Origin: an uncultured Actinomycetes bacterium
GTDB taxonomy: Bacteria; Actinomycetota; Acidimicrobiia; Acidimicrobiales; CADCSY01
Direction: 5' to 3'
DNA: 64,000 nt
NCBI GenBank assembly: GCA_963743945.1
Contig: CAVURO010000010.1
Coordinates: forward strand, 418,156-482,155
How positions within the stretch are numbered: position 1 is the first letter of the stretch; each line of letters opens with the position of its first letter. The position numbers and the translations under genes are program-made. Below the pieces are notes generated by a model that was not told where the DNA came from, did no database searches, and was given only the letters and a program-made list of their open reading frames with translations. Shown here in pieces: positions 1 to 8,372 of this stretch.

Positions 1-600
1 CTCTGCACCCCCGATCGCCCCGACCTGGAGGCATTCATCGCAGCCTGCATTGCGGGAGGCGTCGACGTGGTGCAACTGCGGGACAAGCACCTCGAGGCCG
101 GCCCCCTCACCGTGCGAGCCGCGCTCGCATGCAGGGTCTGTCGAGATCTCGGCGTTCCCTTCATCGTGAACGACCGGCCGGACATCGCCCTTGACGTCGC
201 GGCCGACGGCGTGCACGTGGGCCAGGACGACGTCGGCCCCGCGCTCTGCCGCCGAATCCTCGGGGACGAGGCGATCGTCGGCCTTTCCACCCACGCGCCG
301 CACGAGCTCGATGCCGCAGGCGCCGAACCGATCGATTACGTGTCCGTCGGACCGGTGTCGGCCACCCCGACCAAGCCGGGCCGGCCGGGCACGGGCACGG
401 ATTACGTGCGTTACGCCGCCGATCGGGCGGTTCGGCCCTGGTTCATCACCGGTGGCGTCGCCCCTGATCGGATTCCGGAGCTCGTCGCCGCCGGAGCCGA
501 GCGTTTCGTGGTGGTCCGCCTGTTGACCGAGGCCACGGACCCCAGCGGGGCCGCTCGCTCACTGAGAAGGGTCATCGACGAGAGGCTCGCCAACCGCTGA
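1..600 (+). CDS. thiE: thiamine-phosphate synthase, 5' end outside window
   Basis: Frame 1 is open from nt 1 (LCTPDRPDLEAFIAACIAGGVDVVQLRDK...). FIVNDRPDIALDVAADGVHVGQDD and GPV..T.TKPG fit the ThiE pattern. Tracked ORF 67..600 is the internal part. Confidence 0.85.
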   Translation, partial: LCTPDRPDLEAFIAACIAGGVDVVQLRDKHLEAGPLTVRAALACRVCRDLGVPFIVNDRPDIALDVAADGVHVGQDDVGPALCRRILGDEAIVGLSTHAPHELDAAGAEPIDYVSVGPVSATPTKPGRPGTGTDYVRYAADRAVRPWFITGGVAPDRIPELVAAGAERFVVVRLLTEATDPSGAARSLRRVIDERLANR

Positions 601-1371
601 TTCGGGCGTCCGCTCCTGGACGGGCGATTGCCGTTCGATCCAGCCAAGGAGCACCGCAACGGCTCGGGGGTCGTGACGAAGGCGGTGACCGGCTCCCGAG
701 ATCATGTGCAACTCCGCGTTCCCGTGATAGTCGGCCAACAGACGAGCGTCCGACGGCGGAACGATCTCGTCATCGGAACCCTGCACGAGCAGGAGCGGTC
801 GCGGCGCCAACTTTTCGACCAGATCGATGGGGCGGATCGCCTTGAGCTCACGGACCCATCGATCGACGTTGGGTGGAAAGTCGGCATGGCGAATCACCCC
901 GACATCGCGTGCATGCTCGAGGAACCGGCGCGGGTGCTCGACCCAGTCGTCGAAGTCGGCCCGTGCGGAAAGTGCGGCGACGCCCCTCACCCGCTGGTCG
1001 TTCGCGCCGGCGCACACGGCCAGCGAACCCCCCGTGCTGGAGCCGGCAAGCCAGACCTCGTCGGCTCCCGCAGCGCCGAGGAGGTGGTCGATGGCCGCGC
1101 TCAGGTCATCAAGCCATCCCTGCAGGGAGAAGTCGCCCTCCGAGGCGCCGGTGCCGCGAAAGTTGAAGGTGAGCACGGTCCAACCGGTCTCACCGGCAAT
1201 GCGGTCGGCGAGCTCGGGATAGGTGCGAGCAGCGTTCTCGGCGTGGCCGAGACCCACCGGGAACCCATGGCACAGGACGAGCCCGGGGCGAGCGGACAAC
1301 GCCGCACGACCCGTGGGCTCGCTGAGGTGGGCTGCGAGACGAAGGCCGTTGCTCTGGATGATGTCATGCAC
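559..1371 (-). CDS. alpha/beta-fold hydrolase
   Basis: 270-aa ORF with LVLCHGFP region, nucleophile elbow GSSTGG and C-terminal SGAGH. Its 3' end overlaps thiE convergently by ~40 nt. Confidence 0.8.
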   Translation of the reverse strand: MHDIIQSNGLRLAAHLSEPTGRAALSARPGLVLCHGFPVGLGHAENAARTYPELADRIAGETGWTVLTFNFRGTGASEGDFSLQGWLDDLSAAIDHLLGAAGADEVWLAGSSTGGSLAVCAGANDQRVRGVAALSARADFDDWVEHPRRFLEHARDVGVIRHADFPPNVDRWVRELKAIRPIDLVEKLAPRPLLLVQGSDDEIVPPSDARLLADYHGNAELHMISGAGHRLRHDPRAVAVLLGWIERQSPVQERTPESAVGEPLVDDPSQ

Positions 1372-1408
1372 CGCGAAGACCCCACCGTCTCATGGCACGC
1401 GGACTTCG

Positions 1409-1621
1409 TTACGCAGCGTCGCTCGATGCGCAGTGACGACACGGTCGATAGGAACGGTTGCGAGCCTCGACCAGGGTGTCGGGCCCGAAACAGATGAAGG
1501 TCTCGGCTTCCATCAACTCGTCGATGCCACAGGCGTCCTGTGCGTTGTCGAGGTCATGCACACGTTGGACGCGCTTGTCGCCCACCCAACGAAAATGCTC
1601 AAACTTGATCGGTCGGGACAT
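1409..1621 (-). CDS. small hypothetical protein (70 aa)
   Basis: GC3-rich ORF filling the gap between two minus-strand genes. C-terminal CRHC pair. No family recognised. Confidence 0.45.
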   Translation of the reverse strand: MSRPIKFEHFRWVGDKRVQRVHDLDNAQDACGIDELMEAETFICFGPDTLVEARNRSYRPCRHCASSDAA

Positions 1622-1645
1622 GGTCGCAAGTTAGCAGAACCGCGC

Positions 1646-2248
1646 TCATGGAGAGCCAAGCCGATGGACCGAAACGGCGTAATCACCCCCTGGAACGAAC
1701 ACCTCGCGATCCCAGGTCGCCCAGCGCTCGACAAGGGTGAATCCGACCTCCGAAGCGCAACGGTCATAGGCATCGAGTGCCAATCGCCCTTCCTGCAACT
1801 GGAACCCAGCGATCAGTCGGCCGCCGGTGCGCAGATGCCGCGCCATGTTGGCCAGGACAGCGCCCTCCGTTCCCTCTGCCAGGAAGATCATCACGTTTCC
1901 GGCCAGGACGATGGCGTCAAAGCAACGACGCCTGCCGGTCCCGGCCTGCTCGACCTCGATCTCGGACAGATCACCCTTAAACCAGGTCTGCTCGGGCGCC
2001 TTGGCCCGTGCCGCCTCCAACATCGCCGGATCCAGATCGACGCCCACGACGTCGACGCCACGTCGATGCAGCTCGATGGCCACCCTCCCGGTGCCACAGC
2101 CCGCATCGAGGACCGATCCGAAGCCGAAGGACTCGACGAATGCGGCCTCGCCGTGCATGTCCCGGCCCGTTGCCGCGAGTCGGTCAAATCGGTCGTCGTA
2201 CTCGCGTCCCCGGGCCGATCCTTCCTCGAGCCAACGGTTCGCGGCCAT
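1646..2248 (-). CDS. class I SAM-dependent methyltransferase
   Basis: LDAGCGTGRVAIEL (motif I). Start set at ATG 2248 (MAANRWLEEG) because the longer tracked ORF (to 2386) overlaps the upstream gene, whose stop is at 2250-2252. Confidence 0.85.
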   Translation of the reverse strand: MAANRWLEEGSARGREYDDRFDRLAATGRDMHGEAAFVESFGFGSVLDAGCGTGRVAIELHRRGVDVVGVDLDPAMLEAARAKAPEQTWFKGDLSEIEVEQAGTGRRRCFDAIVLAGNVMIFLAEGTEGAVLANMARHLRTGGRLIAGFQLQEGRLALDAYDRCASEVGFTLVERWATWDREVFVPGGDYAVSVHRLGSP

Positions 2249-2249
2249 C

Positions 2250-2735
2250 TCAGATCGCCTGAGGCGGGCCGGCAGCACCGATGGCCTGGAGGTAGGCGAC
2301 CTGGACCTCGAGCACCACGCGAACGTGCTCCTCGGTGATGTCCAGCCCGGACTCGCCCACCGTCGCCATGATCGCCGAGACGGCATCGTCGTCGCCCACG
2401 ATCACCAGATCACCGAACGACCGTTGGCCGTCGATCGCCGGTTCGGCCTCGTCCTCATCACCACGGCTGCGCTCGGGCCCGAGATCGGCGACGGCCGACG
2501 TGGCCTCACGGTTGAGCTCGTGGAGATAGCCCTCCAGGATCCGGCGGACCTCCTCATAGCTGAGCACCGCACTGACCTCGAAGGGCAGGCGCTCGGCAAT
2601 CCATTCGACTGCCTCGTCGAGGTCGAAGACGGGACGAGGCGCCTGCTCGATGAGGCGGCTCACCTCACGGCCGATCACCACGGCAGCAATGACAAAGGTC
2701 AGGGCGAGGGCAACGAGCACCGCCACGATCTGCAT
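2250..2735 (-). CDS. membrane-anchored hypothetical protein
   Basis: Start chosen at MQIVAVLVALALTFVIAAVVIG (one N-terminal TM helix) inside tracked ORF 2250..2822. Acidic soluble domain. No family recognised. Confidence 0.55.
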   Translation of the reverse strand: MQIVAVLVALALTFVIAAVVIGREVSRLIEQAPRPVFDLDEAVEWIAERLPFEVSAVLSYEEVRRILEGYLHELNREATSAVADLGPERSRGDEDEAEPAIDGQRSFGDLVIVGDDDAVSAIMATVGESGLDITEEHVRVVLEVQVAYLQAIGAAGPPQAI

Positions 2736-2788
2736 GATCAGCAGGCTAGGGGCATTCTCCCCGCCGCGGAAAAGGGGAAGGGCGGGTG

Positions 2789-2824
2789 AAAAAGCGGAAT
2801 GGCCCGGCTTGCGCCGGGCCATTC
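2789..2824 (-). terminator. rho-independent terminator after the acyl-CoA dehydrogenase gene
   Basis: Perfect 12-bp stem gaatggcccggc / gccgggccattc (2797-2808 / 2813-2824) with a 4-nt loop. It is followed on the minus strand by CGCTTTTTC. Confidence 0.75.
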
Positions 2825-2849
2825 CGTGGGTTGGGTGTTCCCCTCGATG

Positions 2850-3965
2850 CTACAGGCCAATCCGTTGGGCCAAAAGCTCGCGGTGATAGGTGGGGTCTCC
2901 CAGGAACAGCTCCGAGGTCTTGGCTCGCTTGAAGTACAGGTGAGCCGGGTGCTCCCACGTGAACCCGATACCGCCGTGAATCTGGATGTTCTCGGCTGCG
3001 GTGTGGAAGTAGGCCTCCGAGCAGAACGCCTTCGCCAGGCTGGCGACAGCGGGAAGCTCGTCGTTCAGCTCCGCGGCGCTCCAACCGGCGTAGTAGGCGG
3101 CGGACTTGGCGGACTCGACCTCGAGCAACATGTCGGCGCACTTGTGCTTGATGGCCTGGAACGAGCCGATCGGCCGACCGAACTGCACGCGATCCTTGGC
3201 GTACTGAACCGCCATGTCGAGACACACCTGGGCGCCACCGACCTGCTCGGCGGCAAGCGCCACGGCTGCGAGATCGAGGACGCGGCTCATGACGGTCCAG
3301 CCCTCACCCTCGGTGCCGATCAGGCGGGCGGGGGTGTCGGCGAAATCGAGCTTGGCCTGCTTGCGGGTCTGGTCCATGGTGACCAACGAGGTGCGGGTCA
3401 GACCCGCTGCGTCGCCCGACACCGCAAAGAGGCTCACGCCTGCGCCCGTGCGAGCGGCCACAAGGATCAGGTCGGCGATGGCGCCGTCGAGCACGAACAT
3501 CTTGGAACCGGAGATCGTCCAGCCATCGCCGGACTTGGTCGCTGCAGTCGTGATGCCTGCCTCGTCCCAGCGGCCGCTGTCCTCGGTGAAGGCCAGCGTG
3601 GCGATCGTCTCGCCGGTTGCGATACCGGGAAGCAGCTCCTTCTTGGCGGCATCGTCACCCGAGTGAACGAGGGCGTTTGCGGCGAGCACGATCGAGGAGA
3701 AGTACGGTGCGCACAGCAGGGCGCGGCCCATCTCCTCGAGAACGACGATGAGCTCGATGAAGCCGAAGCCCGACCCACCGAACTCCTCGGGGATGGCAAG
3801 GCCCTGCAGGCCGAGCTGCTCACCCATCTGCTTCCACACGGTCTCGTCATAACCTGCGTCGCCATCCATGAGGCGACGGACCTCGGCCTCGGGAGACTTC
3901 TGCTCCAGGAACGAACGGACGGTGCTGCGAAGCTCTTCTTGCTCCTCGGAAAATGCGAAGTTCAC
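2850..3965 (-). CDS. acyl-CoA dehydrogenase
   Basis: 371 aa. MNFAFSEEQEELR start, IPEEFGGSG and C-terminal IQIHGGIGFTWEH are typical of the ACAD fold. Confidence 0.9.
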   Translation of the reverse strand: MNFAFSEEQEELRSTVRSFLEQKSPEAEVRRLMDGDAGYDETVWKQMGEQLGLQGLAIPEEFGGSGFGFIELIVVLEEMGRALLCAPYFSSIVLAANALVHSGDDAAKKELLPGIATGETIATLAFTEDSGRWDEAGITTAATKSGDGWTISGSKMFVLDGAIADLILVAARTGAGVSLFAVSGDAAGLTRTSLVTMDQTRKQAKLDFADTPARLIGTEGEGWTVMSRVLDLAAVALAAEQVGGAQVCLDMAVQYAKDRVQFGRPIGSFQAIKHKCADMLLEVESAKSAAYYAGWSAAELNDELPAVASLAKAFCSEAYFHTAAENIQIHGGIGFTWEHPAHLYFKRAKTSELFLGDPTYHRELLAQRIGL

Positions 3966-4086
3966 CTAGGGCCCCCTTGGACGGCTCTGATCGATGTACG
4001 GCTTGGATGCAGTGCGATACGCCGCAATGTTTACTAGACCTGGGGTCAGGCGTCGAGACGGGATGCCGCGAGCGAGAGGGACAGCC

Positions 4087-4701
4087 ATGGCAGCGGATAC
4101 CTTGCACTATCGAGACGCCCGGATCGAGGTCCACAAGGTGGTCGTCGGGCCCTTTGAGAACAACGTTTTCGTGCTTCGCTGCAGGGAGACGGGCGAGGCG
4201 ATCCTCATCGACGCCGCCAACGAGCACGAGTTGCTCCTGGACCTGTGCCGACACCTCGGCGTGCGCAAGGTCGTCGAGACCCACGGGCACTGGGACCACA
4301 TCCAGGCGATTCCCGCCGTGCGCGACGCGGGCTACGACGTGGGGGTGACGGCCGGCGATGCGGCGATGCTCGACAGCTACGACTTCATCCTGGAGGACGA
4401 GTCGGCCATCGATGTCGGCCGCCTGCGGGTGCACACCCACGCCACCCCCGGTCACACACCGGGCTCGATCTGCTTCTCCGTGGAGGGCGCCCCGCTGCTC
4501 TTCAGCGGCGACACCCTCTTTCCCGGAGGGCCGGGCAACACCGAGGGGAACCCCGACCACTTCTCCCAGATCATCACGGCCATCGACGGGCGACTCTTCA
4601 CGTTTCCGGACGACACCATCGTGTTGCCGGGCCACGGAACCGACACCACGATCGGCACCGAACGACCTCATCTCGACGAGTGGGTCGCACGAGGCTGGTA
4701 G
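4087..4701 (+). CDS. MBL-fold metallo-hydrolase (glyoxalase II-like)
   Basis: THGHWDH metal motif, PGHTPGS and GDTLFPGG. Start at ATG 4087 (MAADTLHY) inside tracked ORF 3994..4701. Confidence 0.85.
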   Translation: MAADTLHYRDARIEVHKVVVGPFENNVFVLRCRETGEAILIDAANEHELLLDLCRHLGVRKVVETHGHWDHIQAIPAVRDAGYDVGVTAGDAAMLDSYDFILEDESAIDVGRLRVHTHATPGHTPGSICFSVEGAPLLFSGDTLFPGGPGNTEGNPDHFSQIITAIDGRLFTFPDDTIVLPGHGTDTTIGTERPHLDEWVARGW

Positions 4702-4742
4702 CACGAGGCTGGTAGCACGAGGCCTGGAGCACGCGGCCTGCA
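4687..4742. repeat. 14-bp tandem repeat x4 spanning the stop codon of the MBL gene
   Basis: gcacgaggctggta at 4687-4700 and 4701-4714 are identical. 4715-4728 (gcacgaggcctgga) and 4729-4742 (gcacgcggcctgca) are diverged copies. The TAG stop at 4699-4701 straddles the junction of units 1 and 2. Confidence 0.9.
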
Positions 4743-4783
4743 AAGGGGCCTGCGGCCCGGTGATTCCCCGTAACCTGAGGATC

Positions 4784-5380
4784 GTGGACACCCTTGCCGC
4801 CATCGCCGCTCGGCGCTCGATCGGACGCCTCGTGGAGCCCGGACCGACGCCGGAGCACCTTCGCTCCATCCTGGAGGCAGCGGCCTGCGCTCCCGATCAC
4901 GGCGAGCTGCGGCCCTTTCGTCTCACCGTGCTGGAGGGTGCGGCCAAGGACGCCTTCGGACACGTGCTCGAGGCGGCCTATCGAGCCCGCTGCAAAGCCG
5001 ACGGGGTCGCCGTCGAGGAGTCGAAGGCCGCCAAGGATCGCACCAAGCTGGGCCGGGCCCCCACGGTTGTGGTCGTCGGGGCCGCCCGTCAGGAGGGAGG
5101 GTCGTCGAAGACGCCGATCCCGATGATCGAACAGATCTCGGCAACCGCGGCCGCCTGTCAGAACGCCTTGTTGGCAGCAACCGCTCTCGGGTACGGATCG
5201 ATGTGGCGCACGGGCGACTGCTGCTACGACGAGCCGGTCAAAGCGGCTTTGGGCCTCGGTGAACCGGACGCGATCGTGGGCTTCCTGTATCTCGGCACGG
5301 CAACCGACGAGGCCAGGGATGCGAAGCCACCGAAGGTCGCCGACCTCGAAGGGCTCGTGACGTACTGGTCTCCCCCGTGA
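4784..5380 (+). CDS. nitroreductase family protein
   Basis: C-terminal 198 codons of tracked ORF 4358..5380. GTG at 4784 is preceded by GAGG (4777-4780). RRSIGR, PDHGELRPFRL and GYGSMWRTG resemble the nitroreductase fold. Confidence 0.8.
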   Translation: MDTLAAIAARRSIGRLVEPGPTPEHLRSILEAAACAPDHGELRPFRLTVLEGAAKDAFGHVLEAAYRARCKADGVAVEESKAAKDRTKLGRAPTVVVVGAARQEGGSSKTPIPMIEQISATAAACQNALLAATALGYGSMWRTGDCCYDEPVKAALGLGEPDAIVGFLYLGTATDEARDAKPPKVADLEGLVTYWSPP

Positions 5381-5760
5381 CGAGCCCGGCCCTTCCCGCC
5401 GATGAGAGGCCTGTGGACATCACGCCGGTTCACACCGACGACCTGCCTGCCACGCCGGTGCGGGATCGCAACATCCCCGCGAGCGCCTGGGTCGAGGCGC
5501 CGGCCGCGCTGCGCAGCCTCGGACACGACATCGGCGTGCCCGACGCCATGTACAAACGCCGGATCGGGCCATGGCTCCTGTGGCGAGCAGGGCCCGCCGC
5601 CAAGGCGGATGCCCGCTACCTCGCCATTCGGTCCGACGACCTGGAGCGCAGCTTCCACTTTCGCCTGTTCGCCGACGGCACCGGACACGGTCTCGGCCCG
5701 ACCGGCACCCCTCACGCCCGCTTCCGATCCTGGAAGGAAGACCTGCGGGACTCTGCCTGA
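5377..5760 (+). CDS. hypothetical protein
   Basis: 127 aa. GTGA start/stop overlap with the nitroreductase gene. GC3-rich codons. No family recognised. Confidence 0.5.
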   Translation: MTSPALPADERPVDITPVHTDDLPATPVRDRNIPASAWVEAPAALRSLGHDIGVPDAMYKRRIGPWLLWRAGPAAKADARYLAIRSDDLERSFHFRLFADGTGHGLGPTGTPHARFRSWKEDLRDSA

Positions 5761-5852
5761 TCACCCCTGGCCACCCCCGGGCGGGACCCCTGGGAGGCGT
5801 AGAATACGCAAACGACGTGACCATCCACCGGGCGTAGAGGCCCGGCGAGGCT

Positions 5853-7328
5853 TCAGGCAGAGCCGGTCGCATGCATGCTCGCCTCGCCGGGAAGCCCAAA
5901 GACATCGGCGGCGGTGAAGGCCAGTGTCCCCTCCGGAAGATTCTTGAAACCGTCGCGGGCACAAACGGCGTATCCGAGTGCGTCAGGATCCAGATGGAGG
6001 CCATCGGCGACCTTGCGACGAAGGTCATCGACCATCCGTCGAGCGTCGGGGAATTTCGTCCATTTGGCTTCTCCAGCAAGGACGGGAGTCGCCGAACGTT
6101 CAGCGAGAACAAGAGCATCCAGCTGGTTGTTGCTCGATCGATCCCACCACGAGCCAACGGCAACGACATTGCCCTTGACACCAAGGCGCCCGTCGTTCGC
6201 AAGGCGCCGAAGATGTTGGCGGAACACCTCTTCCCAGACACCTCCCATGTGATCGTTGAGTGAGTCGACCAGGACGGGGACGATAGCGGCGCCCAACCCA
6301 CGCTCAATTTCCGTGTGGTATCGAGAGGCAACACCCAGATGGAACGCAAGGAAGGGATCGGCGAGGCGATAGTGACGCAGCCTCGAACGCTCTGGTTCTC
6401 CAACGGGGGCAAGTCTCTCGATGAGGCGCAGATCGACCAGCCGATCAAGGGTTCGGGCCGGTTCTGCCTTGATCCGATCCTTGATCCGCCCGTATTCACT
6501 CACGCCGTTTGCGATGGCATGGAGGACCTGGTGTGCGAATTCACCACGATCAAGATCGGCTCGAAGCACAAAGTCACCTTCGGTCAACAAACGGGCCCCC
6601 GGCTGACAGACCAGCCTGCTGATGTTCGCCTTGACCGATTCCCCCTGATCCCACCATGCCAAATACATCGGAACGCCCCCCACGATGCCGTAGACCAGGG
6701 CTCGGTTCTGAGGCGAGAGTCGTTCGAGCATGAGTGCCGCCTCGTGCGGGGCAAACGGATGGACACCCAGCGAGAGATCGAAGCGGCCATACAGGGCTTC
6801 ACGTTCTTCTTGAATCGCCTGCATGTATCGGACAGCAGAGCCGCACAACAAGATGCGCAGCCTGGTCCTGCCTGCCGAACGGTCGAGAAAGGCGCGTAGC
6901 ACCTTTGGCAGTTCCGGTGACGACGCCACCAACTCCGGGAACTCGTCCAACACCAGCAACAGTGGCCTTTGCTGCGCACGGCCTGCGAGGTCGTCGAGCG
7001 CGTCGTCCCAGCTGACGTAAGGGCGATCCACAAGATCACGCAAGGCCGGACCCACCCCACCGATGGCCTCGATTCCCATGGTCGCGACACCCATGATCGA
7101 TGTGCCCTGAGCCATCTGATGAACGCGCTCGGCCAGTTGCGCAAGCTCTTCAAGCGCGCTGCGGCCTGCTCCCGTATGAAAGATCGACGGCTTGTCTGTC
7201 ATGAACTGTTGGATCAGTGCGGTCTTGCCCACTCGTCGACGGCCCCAGACCACCGCAGATTGTGTCTGTTCAGACCACCATCGTTCGAGTGCCCGCAGCT
7301 CTCGAACACGATTGACGAACACAGCCAT
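5853..7328 (-). CDS. AAA-type ATP-binding protein with DUF234-like C-terminal region
   Basis: 491 aa. Walker A GRRRVGKT and Walker B LLLVLDEF. The layout resembles the archaeal-ATPase/DUF234 family. RBS GGAGGGG lies 5 nt before the ATG. Confidence 0.8.
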   Translation of the reverse strand: MAVFVNRVRELRALERWWSEQTQSAVVWGRRRVGKTALIQQFMTDKPSIFHTGAGRSALEELAQLAERVHQMAQGTSIMGVATMGIEAIGGVGPALRDLVDRPYVSWDDALDDLAGRAQQRPLLLVLDEFPELVASSPELPKVLRAFLDRSAGRTRLRILLCGSAVRYMQAIQEEREALYGRFDLSLGVHPFAPHEAALMLERLSPQNRALVYGIVGGVPMYLAWWDQGESVKANISRLVCQPGARLLTEGDFVLRADLDRGEFAHQVLHAIANGVSEYGRIKDRIKAEPARTLDRLVDLRLIERLAPVGEPERSRLRHYRLADPFLAFHLGVASRYHTEIERGLGAAIVPVLVDSLNDHMGGVWEEVFRQHLRRLANDGRLGVKGNVVAVGSWWDRSSNNQLDALVLAERSATPVLAGEAKWTKFPDARRMVDDLRRKVADGLHLDPDALGYAVCARDGFKNLPEGTLAFTAADVFGLPGEASMHATGSA

Positions 7329-7390
7329 GCCACCCCTCCAGCTGCAACTTACCGTTCGTGTAACTTACATGATCCGTCAGCAGATGATCG

Positions 7391-8362
7391 TCACCACGAC
7401 CGTGGAGGTGGCCCGGAACGGCCCAGCAGGAAGTCACGCATGCCGAGGAGTCGGCCGCGGAGATGCCAGTAGGGGGTTTGGCGTGAGGGAACGATGACGC
7501 CGACCAGCGTGATCCATGCGGTGAGGGCAAAGAGGACCGCTGCTCGGACGACGCCGAAGTGCCGGCGGACCAGGAGCAGCGTGTTGCGCACCATGAGGTA
7601 TTCGGGCACACCGACCTCGGACGACATGGTCGGGTTGCGGACCACGGCGCCCCAGACCACCCCCACCTGCCAGCCGGCACGACGGGCACGCTCGCCGAGA
7701 TCGGCCTCCTCGCAGTAGGCGAAGTAACGCTCGTCGAACAGACCGATGTCAACGAGACATGCCCGGCTCGCCACCATCAACGTGCCGTGTGGGTAGCCCG
7801 AGTCCTCCCAGCCGGGCACGCGTGAGGATGGCACCAGGTAGCTGCCGCAGTACTTGTGGACCATGGGCTTCACGTTGGTCGAGGTGTCGCCGTACTCGGC
7901 ACTGGCGAGCCCCGCGTGGGGATGCGCCGCCACGGCGGTCAGAAGGCGCTCCAGGCAGTGTGGCTCGGGCGACGCGTCGTGGGGGCAGACGAGCACCCAG
8001 TCACCGAGCTCCCCCGGGGCGGCGGCGAGGAAATGTCGCAGACCCGCGTTGGCTCCGGGACCAAACCCGGTGTTGGCCCCCAACTCGAGCAGCACGGCGC
8101 CGGGGAGCCCCGCCCGCAGGATGTCCCGATCCTCGGGCGACGAGCCGTTGTCGGCCACCACCAGTCGCAGGGTCACGCCGGCCTGCTCGGCCTGGTGCAG
8201 CAGCGTGTGGCCCGTGCGAACGCAGGCCTGTGGTTGGCTGCGGTGCACGATCACGGCGGTGACCACCGCCACCCCCGGTATCCCGCCGGCCCGTCGCTCG
8301 GGCAAGTCCTCGCGTTGCTCGTGCGAGTTCTCGCGTTGGCCGGCCGTGCGCGTCGCAGCCAT
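7391..8362 (-). CDS. family 2 glycosyltransferase
   Basis: Start at ATG 8362 (MAATRTAG), 10 nt after the pepF stop. VVADNGSSPED, NTGFGPGANAG and DERYFAYCEEADL are typical of GT2. The tracked ORF extends spuriously to 8704. Confidence 0.85.
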   Translation of the reverse strand: MAATRTAGQRENSHEQREDLPERRAGGIPGVAVVTAVIVHRSQPQACVRTGHTLLHQAEQAGVTLRLVVADNGSSPEDRDILRAGLPGAVLLELGANTGFGPGANAGLRHFLAAAPGELGDWVLVCPHDASPEPHCLERLLTAVAAHPHAGLASAEYGDTSTNVKPMVHKYCGSYLVPSSRVPGWEDSGYPHGTLMVASRACLVDIGLFDERYFAYCEEADLGERARRAGWQVGVVWGAVVRNPTMSSEVGVPEYLMVRNTLLLVRRHFGVVRAAVLFALTAWITLVGVIVPSRQTPYWHLRGRLLGMRDFLLGRSGPPPRSW

Positions 8363-8372
8363 CGTCGGGGCG

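Noticed and set aside
4687-4742. Possibility that the short tandem arrays (4687, 18347, 47951, 60406 and 35617) are CRISPR arrays
   Set aside because: Units are 14-26 bp and directly abutting, with no unique spacers. There are no cas genes in the window.
7346-7369. tgtaacttaca palindrome upstream of the DUF234 ATPase gene, sharing the 7-mer ATGTAAG with the 17200 palindrome. This raised a possible common regulator
   Set aside because: By my rough composition-based estimate, a 7-mer of this composition is expected about 1-2 times by chance in 128 kb of two-strand sequence. There is no further similarity between the sites.
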